This document shows, piece after piece, positions 18,056 through 27,339 of a stretch of 64,000 bases of DNA. The number at the start of each line of letters is the position of its first letter. Within the stretch, counting starts at the first letter, position 1. The position numbers were made by a program, and so were the translations under genes. This stretch comes from an uncultured Gemmatimonadales bacterium (GTDB lineage: Bacteria > Gemmatimonadota > Gemmatimonadetes > Longimicrobiales > RSA9): assembly GCA_963798845.1 (NCBI GenBank), contig CAWCUS010000001.1:332999-396998 (forward strand). Direction: 5' to 3'. The notes under the pieces are model-generated. The model was not told where the DNA came from, did not search any database, and saw only the letters and a list, made by a program, of their open reading frames with translations.

Positions 18056-19459
18056 ATGAGCCGAGTGACGAACGACCTGGTTCCGGACCACAAGGTCCGG
18101 CCGATGCCGGACGCGGAGACACGGCGGACGGCGGGGGCGACGAAGGAAGACGTGATGGGGATGATGGAGCGAACGGGGGTGCGCTTCCTCCGTCTCCAGT
18201 TCACGGACATCACGGGCGCGGTGAAGAACGTGGAGGTCCCGGAGAGCCAGTTCGAGAAAGCGCTGGAAGGGGACATCATGTTCGACGGCTCGTCGATCGA
18301 GGGTTTCGTCCGGATCGAGGAGTCGGACATGATCCTGAAGCCGGACTTCGACACGTTCTCGATCTACCCGTGGGGGGACGCCGACAATCGTGTGGGTCGT
18401 CTGATCTGCGACGTGTACACGTCGGACGAGAGGCCGTTCGCCGGGGATCCGCGGCAGGTACTGAAGCGGCAGATCGCGGCGGCGGCGGAAATGGGGTACG
18501 GCCTCATGGCGGGTGTGGAGGCGGAGTTCTTCCTGTTCCATCGGACGGAGGACGGGGCGCCGACGCGGCGGACGCACGACGCGGGCGGCTACTTCGACCT
18601 GGGTCCGGTGGACCTCGGAGAGATCGCGCGTCGGGACATGGTGAACATGCTGACGGCGATGGGATTCGAGGTGGAGGCGGCGCATCACGAGGTGGCGCAG
18701 GGACAGCACGAGATCGATTTCAAATACGAGGACGCGCTGACCACGGCGGACCACCTGTCGACGTTCAAGTTCGTGGTACGGAACATCGCGGTGAGGCACG
18801 GACTGCATGCCACGTTCATGCCGAAGCCGATCTTCGGGCAGAACGGCTCGGGGATGCACACGCATCAGAGCCTGTTCGCGGGAGGGACGAACGCGTTCTA
18901 CGACCCGTCGCACGAGGACGGGCTGTCGGACGTGATGCGGCACTATGTGGGCGGGATCCTCAAGCACGCGCGCTCGTTCTGCGTGGTCACGAATCCGCTG
19001 GTGAACAGCTACAAGCGGCTGGTCCCCGGATACGAGGCGCCGGTGAACGTGGCGTGGTCGCACCACAACCGTTCGCCGATGGTGAGGGTCCCGGCGCGTC
19101 GGGGCAAGGGAACGCGCCTGGAGCTGCGCATGCCGGATCCGTCGTCGAACCCGTACCTGGCCCTGGCGGTCCAGCTGGCGGCGGGGCTGGATGGCATCCG
19201 GAACGAGACGGAGCCGCCGGAGCCGGTGGACAAGAACATATTCGAGCTGACGGTGCGGGAGCGTCGGCGCTACAAGATCCAGGAGCTGCCGAAGGACCTG
19301 GGTGAAGCGGTGGGTGAGTTCCGGAAGAGCCAGCTGATGAAGGATACGCTGGGCGATCACGTCTTCCAGCACTTCATCACGGCGAAGGAGCACGAATGGG
19401 CGGACTACATCGCCCAGGTGCACGAGTGGGAGATCGACCGTTACCTGGCAGCGTACTAG
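18056..19459 (+). CDS. glnA: Type I glutamine synthetase (GSI-alpha-like)
   Basis: RFLRLQFTDITG..KNVE, MFDGSSIEGF.RIEESDM, HHEVAQGQHEIDF, ATFMPKP..G.NGSGMH, NSYKRLVPGYEAP, RLELRMPDPSSNPYLA; exact start uncertain. Confidence 0.96.
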   Translation: MSRVTNDLVPDHKVRPMPDAETRRTAGATKEDVMGMMERTGVRFLRLQFTDITGAVKNVEVPESQFEKALEGDIMFDGSSIEGFVRIEESDMILKPDFDTFSIYPWGDADNRVGRLICDVYTSDERPFAGDPRQVLKRQIAAAAEMGYGLMAGVEAEFFLFHRTEDGAPTRRTHDAGGYFDLGPVDLGEIARRDMVNMLTAMGFEVEAAHHEVAQGQHEIDFKYEDALTTADHLSTFKFVVRNIAVRHGLHATFMPKPIFGQNGSGMHTHQSLFAGGTNAFYDPSHEDGLSDVMRHYVGGILKHARSFCVVTNPLVNSYKRLVPGYEAPVNVAWSHHNRSPMVRVPARRGKGTRLELRMPDPSSNPYLALAVQLAAGLDGIRNETEPPEPVDKNIFELTVRERRRYKIQELPKDLGEAVGEFRKSQLMKDTLGDHVFQHFITAKEHEWADYIAQVHEWEIDRYLAAY

Positions 19460-19490
19460 GGCGCGCCGGGCACGGGAGCCGGGTCCGCCC

Positions 19491-20660
19491 TTACGCTCTC
19501 CGTGCCGCGGCGGCGGCGGGAGCGCTGCGAGGGACGGAGACGCGGACGCGGGATCCCTGGGTGGCCGGGTCGGAGGTGACCTGGCCACCCAGCTCCGTTT
19601 CCACGAGGGCGCGCAGCACCGACTGCTCCATCTCGACGGACACCCGCCCCTCCTCCCCCGCACCGGTGTAGGGAATCCCGTCGTCGGCGAGGATGATCTC
19701 GATGCGATCGGGTTCGGAGCGGAAGGTGGCGGCGATCTGCCCCTTCCTCCCATCGGGGAAAGCGTGGCGGAGCGCGAGCGAGCCGAGCTCGTTGACGGCG
19801 AGGGCGAGGGCGAAGCCGTAGCGCTCGGGGATGGTGTCGTCGTCGCCCGTGACGGAGATCGCGATGTCGGCGTCGGGGCGGAGCGTATTCTTGAGGCGCT
19901 GCAGAACGCGGTCGATGATCTCGCGCATCCGGATGCCGCGATAGCTGGTCTGGCGGAAGCCTTCGTAGGCGACGAGGAAGGAGCGGAGCCGGTTTTCGAG
20001 GCTGAGCAGCGCCTCGCTGGCGGAGCGTCCGGAGTCGCGAGTCCGCTCCAGCGTGACGAGCCCCATGATGATGGAGAGGTTGTTCCGGACGCGGTGATCG
20101 AGCTCTCGGAGCAGGGCCGCCCGGTCCTCGGCGTCGCGGCGGGCCTGCTCGTAGAGGCGATAATTCTGTTCGGCGAGCTCGGAAGCCTGGCGCGTCGCGG
20201 TCTGCAGCGCCCGCTCGGTGCGGTGGGCCCGCAGTCGCGAATCGATGCGCGCCCGTAGCTCGGCTACCTGGAACGGCTTGGCCACGTAGTCGTCGGCGCG
20301 CGCGTCGAACGTCCGGACCACGTCCTCCGGCGCGGTTCGGGCGGTGACCATGATGACGGGAAGGAGCGGATCGATCCGCTCTTTGATCTCCCGGCAGATG
20401 GTCCAGCCGTCGGTGCCGGGGAGCATGGCATCGAGCAGGATGAGGTCGGCTCTGTGCAGGCGGTCGAACGCCTCCTCGGCGTTGGAGGCCGCGATGACGT
20501 GATAGCCGTGGGCTTCGAGCAGGTCGGAGAGCGTGTCACGCGCGAGCGGCTCGTCGTCCACGACCAGGATCGTCGGAGGCCCTTCGGGGGCGAGGACCTC
20601 CGATGCGGGGTCGGGCCGGCTCATGGCGACGCCGGACGGGGCGGAAGCTGCAAGGGCCAC
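19491..20660 (-). CDS. Hybrid REC plus HisKA_2 histidine kinase (PdtaS/EutW-like core)
   Basis: REC: ILVVDDE..., LILLDAMLPG, DDYVAKPF; H-box LLRELDHRVRNNL; GAGGGGG RBS before GTG. Confidence 0.85.
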   Translation of the reverse strand: MALAASAPSGVAMSRPDPASEVLAPEGPPTILVVDDEPLARDTLSDLLEAHGYHVIAASNAEEAFDRLHRADLILLDAMLPGTDGWTICREIKERIDPLLPVIMVTARTAPEDVVRTFDARADDYVAKPFQVAELRARIDSRLRAHRTERALQTATRQASELAEQNYRLYEQARRDAEDRAALLRELDHRVRNNLSIIMGLVTLERTRDSGRSASEALLSLENRLRSFLVAYEGFRQTSYRGIRMREIIDRVLQRLKNTLRPDADIAISVTGDDDTIPERYGFALALAVNELGSLALRHAFPDGRKGQIAATFRSEPDRIEIILADDGIPYTGAGEEGRVSVEMEQSVLRALVETELGGQVTSDPATQGSRVRVSVPRSAPAAAAARRA

Positions 20661-20667
20661 GTCCCCC

Positions 20668-21258
20668 TCAATCCCTTTGCAGAAGCGGTGCTGCGAGCAG
20701 AATCTTCCGAGCGAGGTCGATCATTGGAGTGTTCTTGTCCTGACTGGTCTTCTGCAGGAAGCGGTAGGCGTCCTGCTCGGACATCTTGCGAGTCTCCATG
20801 AGGATCCCCTTCGCGCGCTCGAGCACCTTCCGCTCTTCCAGCTTGCTGGCCAGCGTGTCCCGCTCCTGGCGCGCCCGCATCCACTCGTCGAACCTGGCCT
20901 TCGCCACGGATATGGCCGGGGCGAGGTCGTCCGGATCGACGGGCTTGACCAGGTAGTGGAAGACGGGGGAGCGCGTGGCGTCGTCGACCGTCCGCGCATC
21001 ACTGTACGCCGACAGGATGATGATGGGGATCGGGCGTTCCTCGTGGATCTTGAGCGCAGCCTCCGGGCCGGTCATCACCGGCATGCGGATGTCCAGGATC
21101 GCCATATCCGGCCGCTTCTCCCGGGCGAGCTCCACGGCCTCCTGCCCGTTCGCGGCGGTGGCGACGATCTCGTGGCCGAGCGCTTCCAGCTGACTGGTGA
21201 GCGCCAGGTTGTGCAACGCCTCATCGTCGGCAATGAGAAACCGAAAGGACTGCGCCAT
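20668..21258 (-). CDS. REC-ANTAR response regulator (PdtaR/EutV/NasT-like RNA-binding antiterminator)
   Basis: LIADDE, PDMAILDIRMP, YLVKP; ANTAR LEERKVLERAKGILM....SEQDAYRFLQKTSQDKNTPMIDLARKI. Confidence 0.93.
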   Translation of the reverse strand: MAQSFRFLIADDEALHNLALTSQLEALGHEIVATAANGQEAVELAREKRPDMAILDIRMPVMTGPEAALKIHEERPIPIIILSAYSDARTVDDATRSPVFHYLVKPVDPDDLAPAISVAKARFDEWMRARQERDTLASKLEERKVLERAKGILMETRKMSEQDAYRFLQKTSQDKNTPMIDLARKILLAAPLLQRD

Positions 21259-21311
21259 GGAACACCACTCCGTGAAAGTGAACGCCCTGCGCCGGAACGC
21301 GTCCGTGGAAC

Positions 21312-21345
21312 AAAAAAAACGGCCCGGCTCCAGACGGGAGCGGGC
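21312..21345 (-). terminator. Intrinsic terminator in the 5' leader of the ANTAR regulator gene
   Basis: Minus strand GCCCG-CTCC-cgtct-GGAG-c-CGGGC-cg-TTTTTTTT, ending about 54 nt before the ATG at 21258; no gene upstream on the same strand. Confidence 0.72.
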
Positions 21346-21565
21346 AGGCAACACCCATTCGATCGGCCGTATCCGACAGCGCTGAAGTTGCCGGGGGCGC
21401 GATCCGCGCGCAAGAGGCTGAGGCATCGCGCCACCGGCGGGGGGCGGCCCCTGCGGCACCGGCGTCCTGACGGAGCCAGGTCCAACCCCGTACCAACTAT
21501 CATCGATGCGCAATATATTTCCGCGGTGCGGGGGGCGCGGTGTGTCGGACCGGGCGACCCCGGGC

Positions 21566-21581
21566 TGGTCCCGTCCTTGCA
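21566..21581 (+). promoter_or_regulatory. Possible sigma54 -24/-12 promoter upstream of dacB
   Basis: TGG-tcccgtcc-TTGCA has the exact GG-N10-GC spacing but lacks the CAC of the consensus. Confidence 0.35.
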
Positions 21582-21655
21582 TTTTTCATATTCGACACGT
21601 TGCGCTCATCCGCGCTGTCGCGGTCGCAGGCATCCGATATGGACGAAGCCACGGA

Positions 21656-23611
21656 ATGATCAAGCGTTTGCTCCTGCTCCTCGCCGCCGCTCTGGCGGCT
21701 CCCCCGGCCACCGCCGTCCTGCGCGCCCGACCCCTCCTCCCACCTGGTGGTTCAGCGATCTCGAGCGCGGCTCTTCCGGCGGCGACTTCGAGGGCCGGAG
21801 TGACTCGAGGGACTCCGGCCTCTCCGTCCGCGGCGGAAGCTCCGGCGGCTCGGGCCGCGGCGGTGGCGGCGGTGAGCGCGCTGTCGCAGGAGGTGGAGCG
21901 AGCGATCGTGTCGCAGCGGTGGCGAGGCGACCACTGGGGAGTGTTGGTGGTTTCGCTGGACGCCGGAGACACGCTGGTGTCGCACGAACCGACGCGGGAG
22001 CTGGAGCCGGCATCGAACCTGAAGCTGTTCACCACGGCGGCGGCGCTGCACTACCTGGGTCCGGAGTTCCGCTACACGACGTACCTGGCTGGAACGGGCC
22101 CGATGCAGCGGGGCGTGCTGCAGGGGGACCTGGTGCTGTACGGGACCGGTGATCCGACGCCCTCGGGGAAGTTCTACGAGCCGGAGCAAGGCGCGTACGA
22201 GGCGCTGGCCGACTCCCTGGTGGAGATGGGGGTGCGTCGGATCGCGGGTGACATGGTGGGCGACGGCTCCTATTTCGAGGGTCGGCCGGTGGGAAGCGGT
22301 TGGGAGATGCGGTACGTGACGCACACGTACGCCGCGCAGGGAGCCGCGCTGTCGTACAACGACAACGTGGCGACGCTGCACGTGAAGCCGGCGGACAGTG
22401 TGGGCGCGCCGCCGCGAGTGGAAGTGCTGCCCGCCGGGGCGGTGCAGCTGCGCAACGAGGCGAAGACTGTCGCGTCGGGCCGGTCGTGGATCGAGGTGGA
22501 GCGGGCGGGCTACGACGCGCCCATCGTGGTGCGCGGGCAGATCCAGCGGAGCCACGCCGGGCTCTGGCGGGCCGTGCCGGTGGTGGACCCGGCGCGCTTC
22601 GCCGCGTCGGTGATGCGGGACCTTCTGGCCGAGCGGGGGATCACCGTGGAAGGGGCGGTTCGCGCGGTGCACGACCCATCGGAGTCGCCGATCACGGGAA
22701 AGCACGTGTTCGCCCCGTCTCTGGAGAACTCCCCGGCGATCCAGGTCCTGGCGGTACACCACTCGCCTCCACTGATCGACATCATCCGGGTGATCAACCA
22801 GCGGAGCCACAACGTGTACGCCGAGGCGGTGCTGCGTACTCTGGGTCGGGTGACGGAGGGCCGCGGCTCGGTGGAAGGCGGCCAGTCCGCCGTGCACGCA
22901 CTGCTCGAGGACGTCGGCGGCGGCGCGGCTTCGATGGTGCACATGGATGACGGCTCCGGGCTTTCGCCCCTGAACCGCGTCACGCCCGCGGCGGTCATCG
23001 ACCTCCTCCGCTACATGGCGGACTCGGCCCATTTCGACGACTTCCTGACCACGCTCCCGGAAGCCGCCACGTCGCGAGGGCTGCGCCGGATGCAGAACAC
23101 GCCGGCGGCCGGCAACCTGCGCGCGAAGACGGGGACGATCGAGCATGTCTCGGCGCTCTCCGGCTATGTCCGGGCGCGAAACGGCGAGCGGCTGGCCTTC
23201 TCCATCATCAGCAACGGCGTGCCTTCCACATGGAAGGCGAAGCGGATCGAGGACCGGATCGGCGCCCGCCTCGCCGCGTTCGACCGCCCCGTCCCGGTGC
23301 GGCGTCCCATCGCCGCGGCGCCGGCGACAGGGCCGCAGACCGACCCCGCCCCGCCGCCGTCCGCGCCGGTGGAGGCCCGCGTTGCGGCGGGCGACACGAC
23401 CGCCGCCAGCGCGCCAACAAGAGAGAAGGCGGAGGCCTCGCCGGCCTCCCCGATGCCTTCGACCTACACGATCCGCTCGGGCGACACGCTGGACGGGATC
23501 GCGCACCGCTACGATCTCACGGTCGCGGCGCTGCGCCGTGCCAACCCGGACGTGAACCCGCGCCGGCTGATCCCGGGCAGGACGCTGAAGCTCCCCACCG
23601 GAACGGACTGA
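21656..23611 (+). CDS. dacB: D-Ala-D-Ala carboxypeptidase/endopeptidase (PBP4, S13) with C-terminal LysM
   Basis: PASNLKLFT (SxxK), SHN, DGSGLS..NR, KTGT; Pro/Ala linker then YTIRSGDTLDGIA.RY......L..ANP......L.PG..LKLP. Confidence 0.92.
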   Translation: MIKRLLLLLAAALAAPPATAVLRARPLLPPGGSAISSAALPAATSRAGVTRGTPASPSAAEAPAARAAAVAAVSALSQEVERAIVSQRWRGDHWGVLVVSLDAGDTLVSHEPTRELEPASNLKLFTTAAALHYLGPEFRYTTYLAGTGPMQRGVLQGDLVLYGTGDPTPSGKFYEPEQGAYEALADSLVEMGVRRIAGDMVGDGSYFEGRPVGSGWEMRYVTHTYAAQGAALSYNDNVATLHVKPADSVGAPPRVEVLPAGAVQLRNEAKTVASGRSWIEVERAGYDAPIVVRGQIQRSHAGLWRAVPVVDPARFAASVMRDLLAERGITVEGAVRAVHDPSESPITGKHVFAPSLENSPAIQVLAVHHSPPLIDIIRVINQRSHNVYAEAVLRTLGRVTEGRGSVEGGQSAVHALLEDVGGGAASMVHMDDGSGLSPLNRVTPAAVIDLLRYMADSAHFDDFLTTLPEAATSRGLRRMQNTPAAGNLRAKTGTIEHVSALSGYVRARNGERLAFSIISNGVPSTWKAKRIEDRIGARLAAFDRPVPVRRPIAAAPATGPQTDPAPPPSAPVEARVAAGDTTAASAPTREKAEASPASPMPSTYTIRSGDTLDGIAHRYDLTVAALRRANPDVNPRRLIPGRTLKLPTGTD

Positions 23612-23637
23612 CCGGCGGCGTCGCGAGCGCGCCGCCG

Positions 23638-24687
23638 TCAATCGGCGAGGAGACGGCGGGCGGAATGGAAGGAGTGGCGGAGAAAACGCTCCAGGTGGAG
23701 GTCCCCCGACAACACGTTGAGTTCCACACCGCCGTTGCCGGCGGAAGCGTGGATGATGCGGGGGCCGCCCAGGGCGAGAGCGACGTGGTTGACGCGGCGC
23801 CGCTCGGCGAAGAACAGGAGATCGCCGGGGACGAGGTCGTCCCACTCGTCTCCGGGCGACACCTCGACCCCGATGCGGACCTGCATGTCGGAGTCGCGGG
23901 GGAGCGGCAGGCCGTGGAGCCGGAACACGGACTGGACGAAGCCCGAGCAGTCCACACCGCCTGGCGTCACTCCGCCCCAGAGGTACGGCGCCCCGAGCCA
24001 CCGCCGCGCTGTGCTTGTGATGCTCTCGCCGCGGGGCGGGAACCGATCCCGGAGCCCGTCCACCGCCACCACCTCCCCCTCGCCCAGGCGGCCGGTCCGC
24101 CCGTCGGGCAGAACCACGCGGCCCGGAGCGTGCTGAAGGAAGCGCGCGCCCCAGGGCAGGCGCGCGAACGGGCGATCAGCCTCGTCGACCACGACCGCGC
24201 CGAGAGACACGAGCGGATCTCCGCCCGTGCCCCGCTCCCACGCCAGCGCCCACTCGGCGGGCCCACGCACGATGAATCCGCCGTGGACCCACCCCACGTG
24301 GCGGTCCTCGCCGCGGATTCGCCAGAAGGGGCCGCGCCGTGACAGCAGTCCGAGACGGCTCCCGAGGACGTACTGCGTGAGCTGAGTGGAGTTCATCGTG
24401 GGGCGCCGATAGACCGGGGCAATGGGCGCCCGCACGAGCGCCTCTCCGCGTTCCCCGAGCGCCGGATCGGGGAGCGTCCGGATCCGGACTTCGGCCTCGA
24501 CGCCAGCGTCGCGAAGCCGCTCCCGCAGCGTCGCTTCCGCAGCGGGGATCGTGCTGGCGCCATCCACGCGGATCCCCACGGCTCCAAGCCCGGTGCGGAT
24601 CTCGAACACGTCCAGCCGCGGGTCGGGCACCAGCTCGGCGCTGACCGACCCGGCGATCCGGCGGACTCGATCGAGGGCGTCGTCCAC
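23638..24687 (-). CDS. NlpC/P60 (C40) peptidase with SH3-like domains
   Basis: LGAPYLWGG....GVDCSGFVQ, LPRDSDMQ, PGDLLFF, HVAL, IIHAS; SH3-like W.RI...D..VGWV; GTG start inferred. Confidence 0.88.
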   Translation of the reverse strand: MDDALDRVRRIAGSVSAELVPDPRLDVFEIRTGLGAVGIRVDGASTIPAAEATLRERLRDAGVEAEVRIRTLPDPALGERGEALVRAPIAPVYRRPTMNSTQLTQYVLGSRLGLLSRRGPFWRIRGEDRHVGWVHGGFIVRGPAEWALAWERGTGGDPLVSLGAVVVDEADRPFARLPWGARFLQHAPGRVVLPDGRTGRLGEGEVVAVDGLRDRFPPRGESITSTARRWLGAPYLWGGVTPGGVDCSGFVQSVFRLHGLPLPRDSDMQVRIGVEVSPGDEWDDLVPGDLLFFAERRRVNHVALALGGPRIIHASAGNGGVELNVLSGDLHLERFLRHSFHSARRLLAD

Positions 24688-24695
24688 GCTGCGCG

Positions 24696-25013
24696 CTATC
24701 CGGCTGCGGTGCCGCCCTTCGTCCCGGGCCCACCCGCTTTCCACTGTCCGAACGGGTTGCGGGCGGCGCCCGGCGTGTCCTGGCGGAGCGCGGCCATGCG
24801 CAGGCGGCGCCTCAGCTCGAAGACGGACATGGCGCGGATGCTCCGCTCGGCGGTCATGCGGTTCTGCCAGCGGACCTCCGCGAGCATGAGATGGTGCGGC
24901 TCGTCGCCCGCGGGGTGGAGCACCAGGTACCACCGGCCGTGATGGCGCGGCGAATCCTCCTCGAGCGCGGTGGCGATCCACTCGCGCCCGTCCTCACCAG
25001 TGAAGTTCTTCAT
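24696..25013 (-). CDS. Small hypothetical protein
   Basis: ATG overlaps the upstream stop; MKNFTGEDGREW motif shared with its neighbour. Confidence 0.65.
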   Translation of the reverse strand: MKNFTGEDGREWIATALEEDSPRHHGRWYLVLHPAGDEPHHLMLAEVRWQNRMTAERSIRAMSVFELRRRLRMAALRQDTPGAARNPFGQWKAGGPGTKGGTAAG

Positions 25014-25240
25014 GCCAGTCTCTTCGGCTCCGATCGTTCGAACAGGTCGGCGAGCTCAGCGTCCGTGAGCCCGTCCAGCTCCCGGCCCGCCTCGCCTTTC
25101 GAGTCGCCGGGGAGTGGCGTCTGCCGCGGTTCGCCGGCATTGCCGGCAGCGGGGGCGAAGATGGCATAGAGCGCGCCGAAGGACTCGCGCCCGACCACGA
25201 CGTCCCAGATGCGGCCGCGGCCGTCGGTGAAGCGCCGCAC
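25010..25240 (-). CDS. Small hypothetical protein
   Basis: Starts 3 nt after the fabI stop; MRRFTDGRGRIW...LTDAELADLFERS. Confidence 0.7.
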   Translation of the reverse strand: MRRFTDGRGRIWDVVVGRESFGALYAIFAPAAGNAGEPRQTPLPGDSKGEAGRELDGLTDAELADLFERSEPKRLA

Positions 25241-25243
25241 GGG

Positions 25244-26014
25244 TCAGTACCCCAGGATGTTGTAGCCCGAGTCGACGTGCAGGACCTCGCCGGTGATCCC
25301 AGCGCTGGCGTCGGACAGGAGGAAGAGCGCGGCGCGGCCGACATCTTCCTGGCTGACGTTGCGGCGGAGCGGCGCCCGCTCCTCCACGATGTTCAGGATA
25401 CTGCGGAAGTCGCGGACGCCGGAGGCGGCGAGGGTCTTGATGGGCCCGGCGCTGACGGCGTTGACGCGGATGCCGTCGGGGCCCAGGTCGGCGGCCAGGT
25501 AGCGGAGCGATGCCTCGAGAGCGGCCTTGGCGACGCCCATGACGTTGTAGTTCTCCACGACCTTCTCGGCACCATAGTACGTCATGGTGAGGATGCTGCC
25601 GCCTTCGGCCATGAGCGGGCGCGCCTCGCGGGCCAGGTGCACGAGTGAGTAGGCGCTGATCTCCATGGCCTTGAGGAAGCCCGCGCGGCTGGTTTCCGAG
25701 AAGCGGCCGTTCAGGTCCTCGCGGTTGGCGAAGGCGATGGAGTGGACGAGGAAGTCCAGCCCGCCCCAGGTCTCGCGGATGCGGTCGAACGTCTGGCGGA
25801 CCTCGTCGTCATCGGCGACATCGCACTGAAGGACGAGCTCGGCATCGACGCTGTCTGCCAGGGGCCGGACCCGCTTCTCCAGCGCCTCCCCCAGGTAATT
25901 GAACCCGAGCTTCGCCCCCGCGGCGTGGAGGGCGCGGCTGATCCCCCATGCGATGCTGCGGTCGTTGGCGACGCCGAAGACCATCGCCCGCTTCCCTGCC
26001 ATTGAACCCGGCAT
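25244..26014 (-). CDS. fabI: Enoyl-ACP reductase
   Basis: [51 protein letters not shown]. Confidence 0.96.
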   Translation of the reverse strand: MPGSMAGKRAMVFGVANDRSIAWGISRALHAAGAKLGFNYLGEALEKRVRPLADSVDAELVLQCDVADDDEVRQTFDRIRETWGGLDFLVHSIAFANREDLNGRFSETSRAGFLKAMEISAYSLVHLAREARPLMAEGGSILTMTYYGAEKVVENYNVMGVAKAALEASLRYLAADLGPDGIRVNAVSAGPIKTLAASGVRDFRSILNIVEERAPLRRNVSQEDVGRAALFLLSDASAGITGEVLHVDSGYNILGY

Positions 26015-26023
26015 CCGTCCTCC

Positions 26024-26299
26024 TCAGTCGAACATCTCGTAGGCGGCATTGAGGTCGCCACGGGAATAGACGCGGAACGCCACGAGCGTCTGCGTGCGGT
26101 CCAGGCCATCCACCCGGGCGACGTGCTCGGTCACCACTTCGGCGATCTGCTCCCATTCCGGAACGCGCACAATGGCGATGAGATCCCACTCGCCCGAGAC
26201 CGAGTACACCTCCGCCACACCCTCGATTTCGGCCACCTTCCGCGCTGCGGTGGGAATCGCTTCCCGCTTCGCCCGGATCAGGACCACTGCGGCTACCAT
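26024..26299 (-). CDS. Stand-alone Lrp/AsnC ligand-binding (RAM) domain protein
   Basis: IEGVAEVYSVSGEWDLIAIVRV; no HTH; GGGAGG RBS. Confidence 0.88.
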   Translation of the reverse strand: MVAAVVLIRAKREAIPTAARKVAEIEGVAEVYSVSGEWDLIAIVRVPEWEQIAEVVTEHVARVDGLDRTQTLVAFRVYSRGDLNAAYEMFD

Positions 26300-26418
26300 A
26301 TGCCCCTCCCGTCGCGATATAGGTCGTGCCGGCGCGAAGTTAGCCGCGGCTTCCGGACGGCCGCAAGCCGCATCCCACCTTGCGACATGACGATCGGCCC
26401 GGGATCTTATTCGCCTTC

Positions 26419-27339
26419 ATGTCCGCACCCGCACTCACCCCCGCACCCGGCGCGCGCTCGATGCGGCAGGCCGAGATCGGCCTGCTCGTCATGGTCGCGC
26501 TGTGGGCCATCAACTTCCCGGTCATCAAGATCGGACTGGCGTACATACCGCCGTACGGCTTCAACGCGCTCCGCTTCCCGCTGGCCGCCCTGTTCCTGGC
26601 GGCCGTGCTTCTGGCGCGGGAAGGGCTGAGCGTGCCCGACCGCGGCGACGCGGCCAGGATCGTGGTGCTGGGCATCATCGGCAACTTCCTGTACCAGCTG
26701 CTGTTCATAGCCGGTCTGGCGCGCTCACGCGCAGGGAACGCGAGCGTGCTCCTGAACACGAGCCCGATCTACACGGTGATCCTGAGCTCCCTGCTGGGAC
26801 ACGAGCGCATCCGGACGGCCGCATGGGCCGGGATCGCCGCCACGGTGGCGGGGATCGCACTGGTGGTGGGGAGCGGGGAGGGCGGACTGCGGTTCGGCAC
26901 CGCGACCGTGGGCGGCGACCTGATGATGCTCTCGGCCGCGGCGATCTGGGCCGTCTACACCGTGGGCTCCCGGGACATGGTGCGGAAGTACGGGTCGGTT
27001 CCCGTGACGGCGTGGACGCTGTGGGCGGGCGCGGCGCTGCTGGTGGTGGCGGGGATCCCGGAGCTTCGCGGGATGGAGGGCTCGATCCCGCCGACGGCGT
27101 GGGCGAGCCTGATCTACGCCGGCTTTCTCGGGCTCGGCCTGTCGTACCTCCTCTGGTACCGGGGGGTTCACGTCCTGGGGAACACGCGCACGTCGGCGTT
27201 CGGGAACCTGGTGCCGGTGGTGACCATCCTGCTGGCGTGGCCCATGCTCGGAGAGGTCCCGAACCTCTGGCAGATCGTGGGAGCCATTGTGATCATTGCG
27301 GGCATCAGCGTGGTGCGACGGGTGACGGAAGCTGCGTGA
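26419..27339 (+). CDS. EamA/DMT family transporter
   Basis: About 10 TMs; LWAINF..IK.GL, ALRF, LLGHER, LGEVP..WQIVG. Confidence 0.9.
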   Translation: MSAPALTPAPGARSMRQAEIGLLVMVALWAINFPVIKIGLAYIPPYGFNALRFPLAALFLAAVLLAREGLSVPDRGDAARIVVLGIIGNFLYQLLFIAGLARSRAGNASVLLNTSPIYTVILSSLLGHERIRTAAWAGIAATVAGIALVVGSGEGGLRFGTATVGGDLMMLSAAAIWAVYTVGSRDMVRKYGSVPVTAWTLWAGAALLVVAGIPELRGMEGSIPPTAWASLIYAGFLGLGLSYLLWYRGVHVLGNTRTSAFGNLVPVVTILLAWPMLGEVPNLWQIVGAIVIIAGISVVRRVTEAA

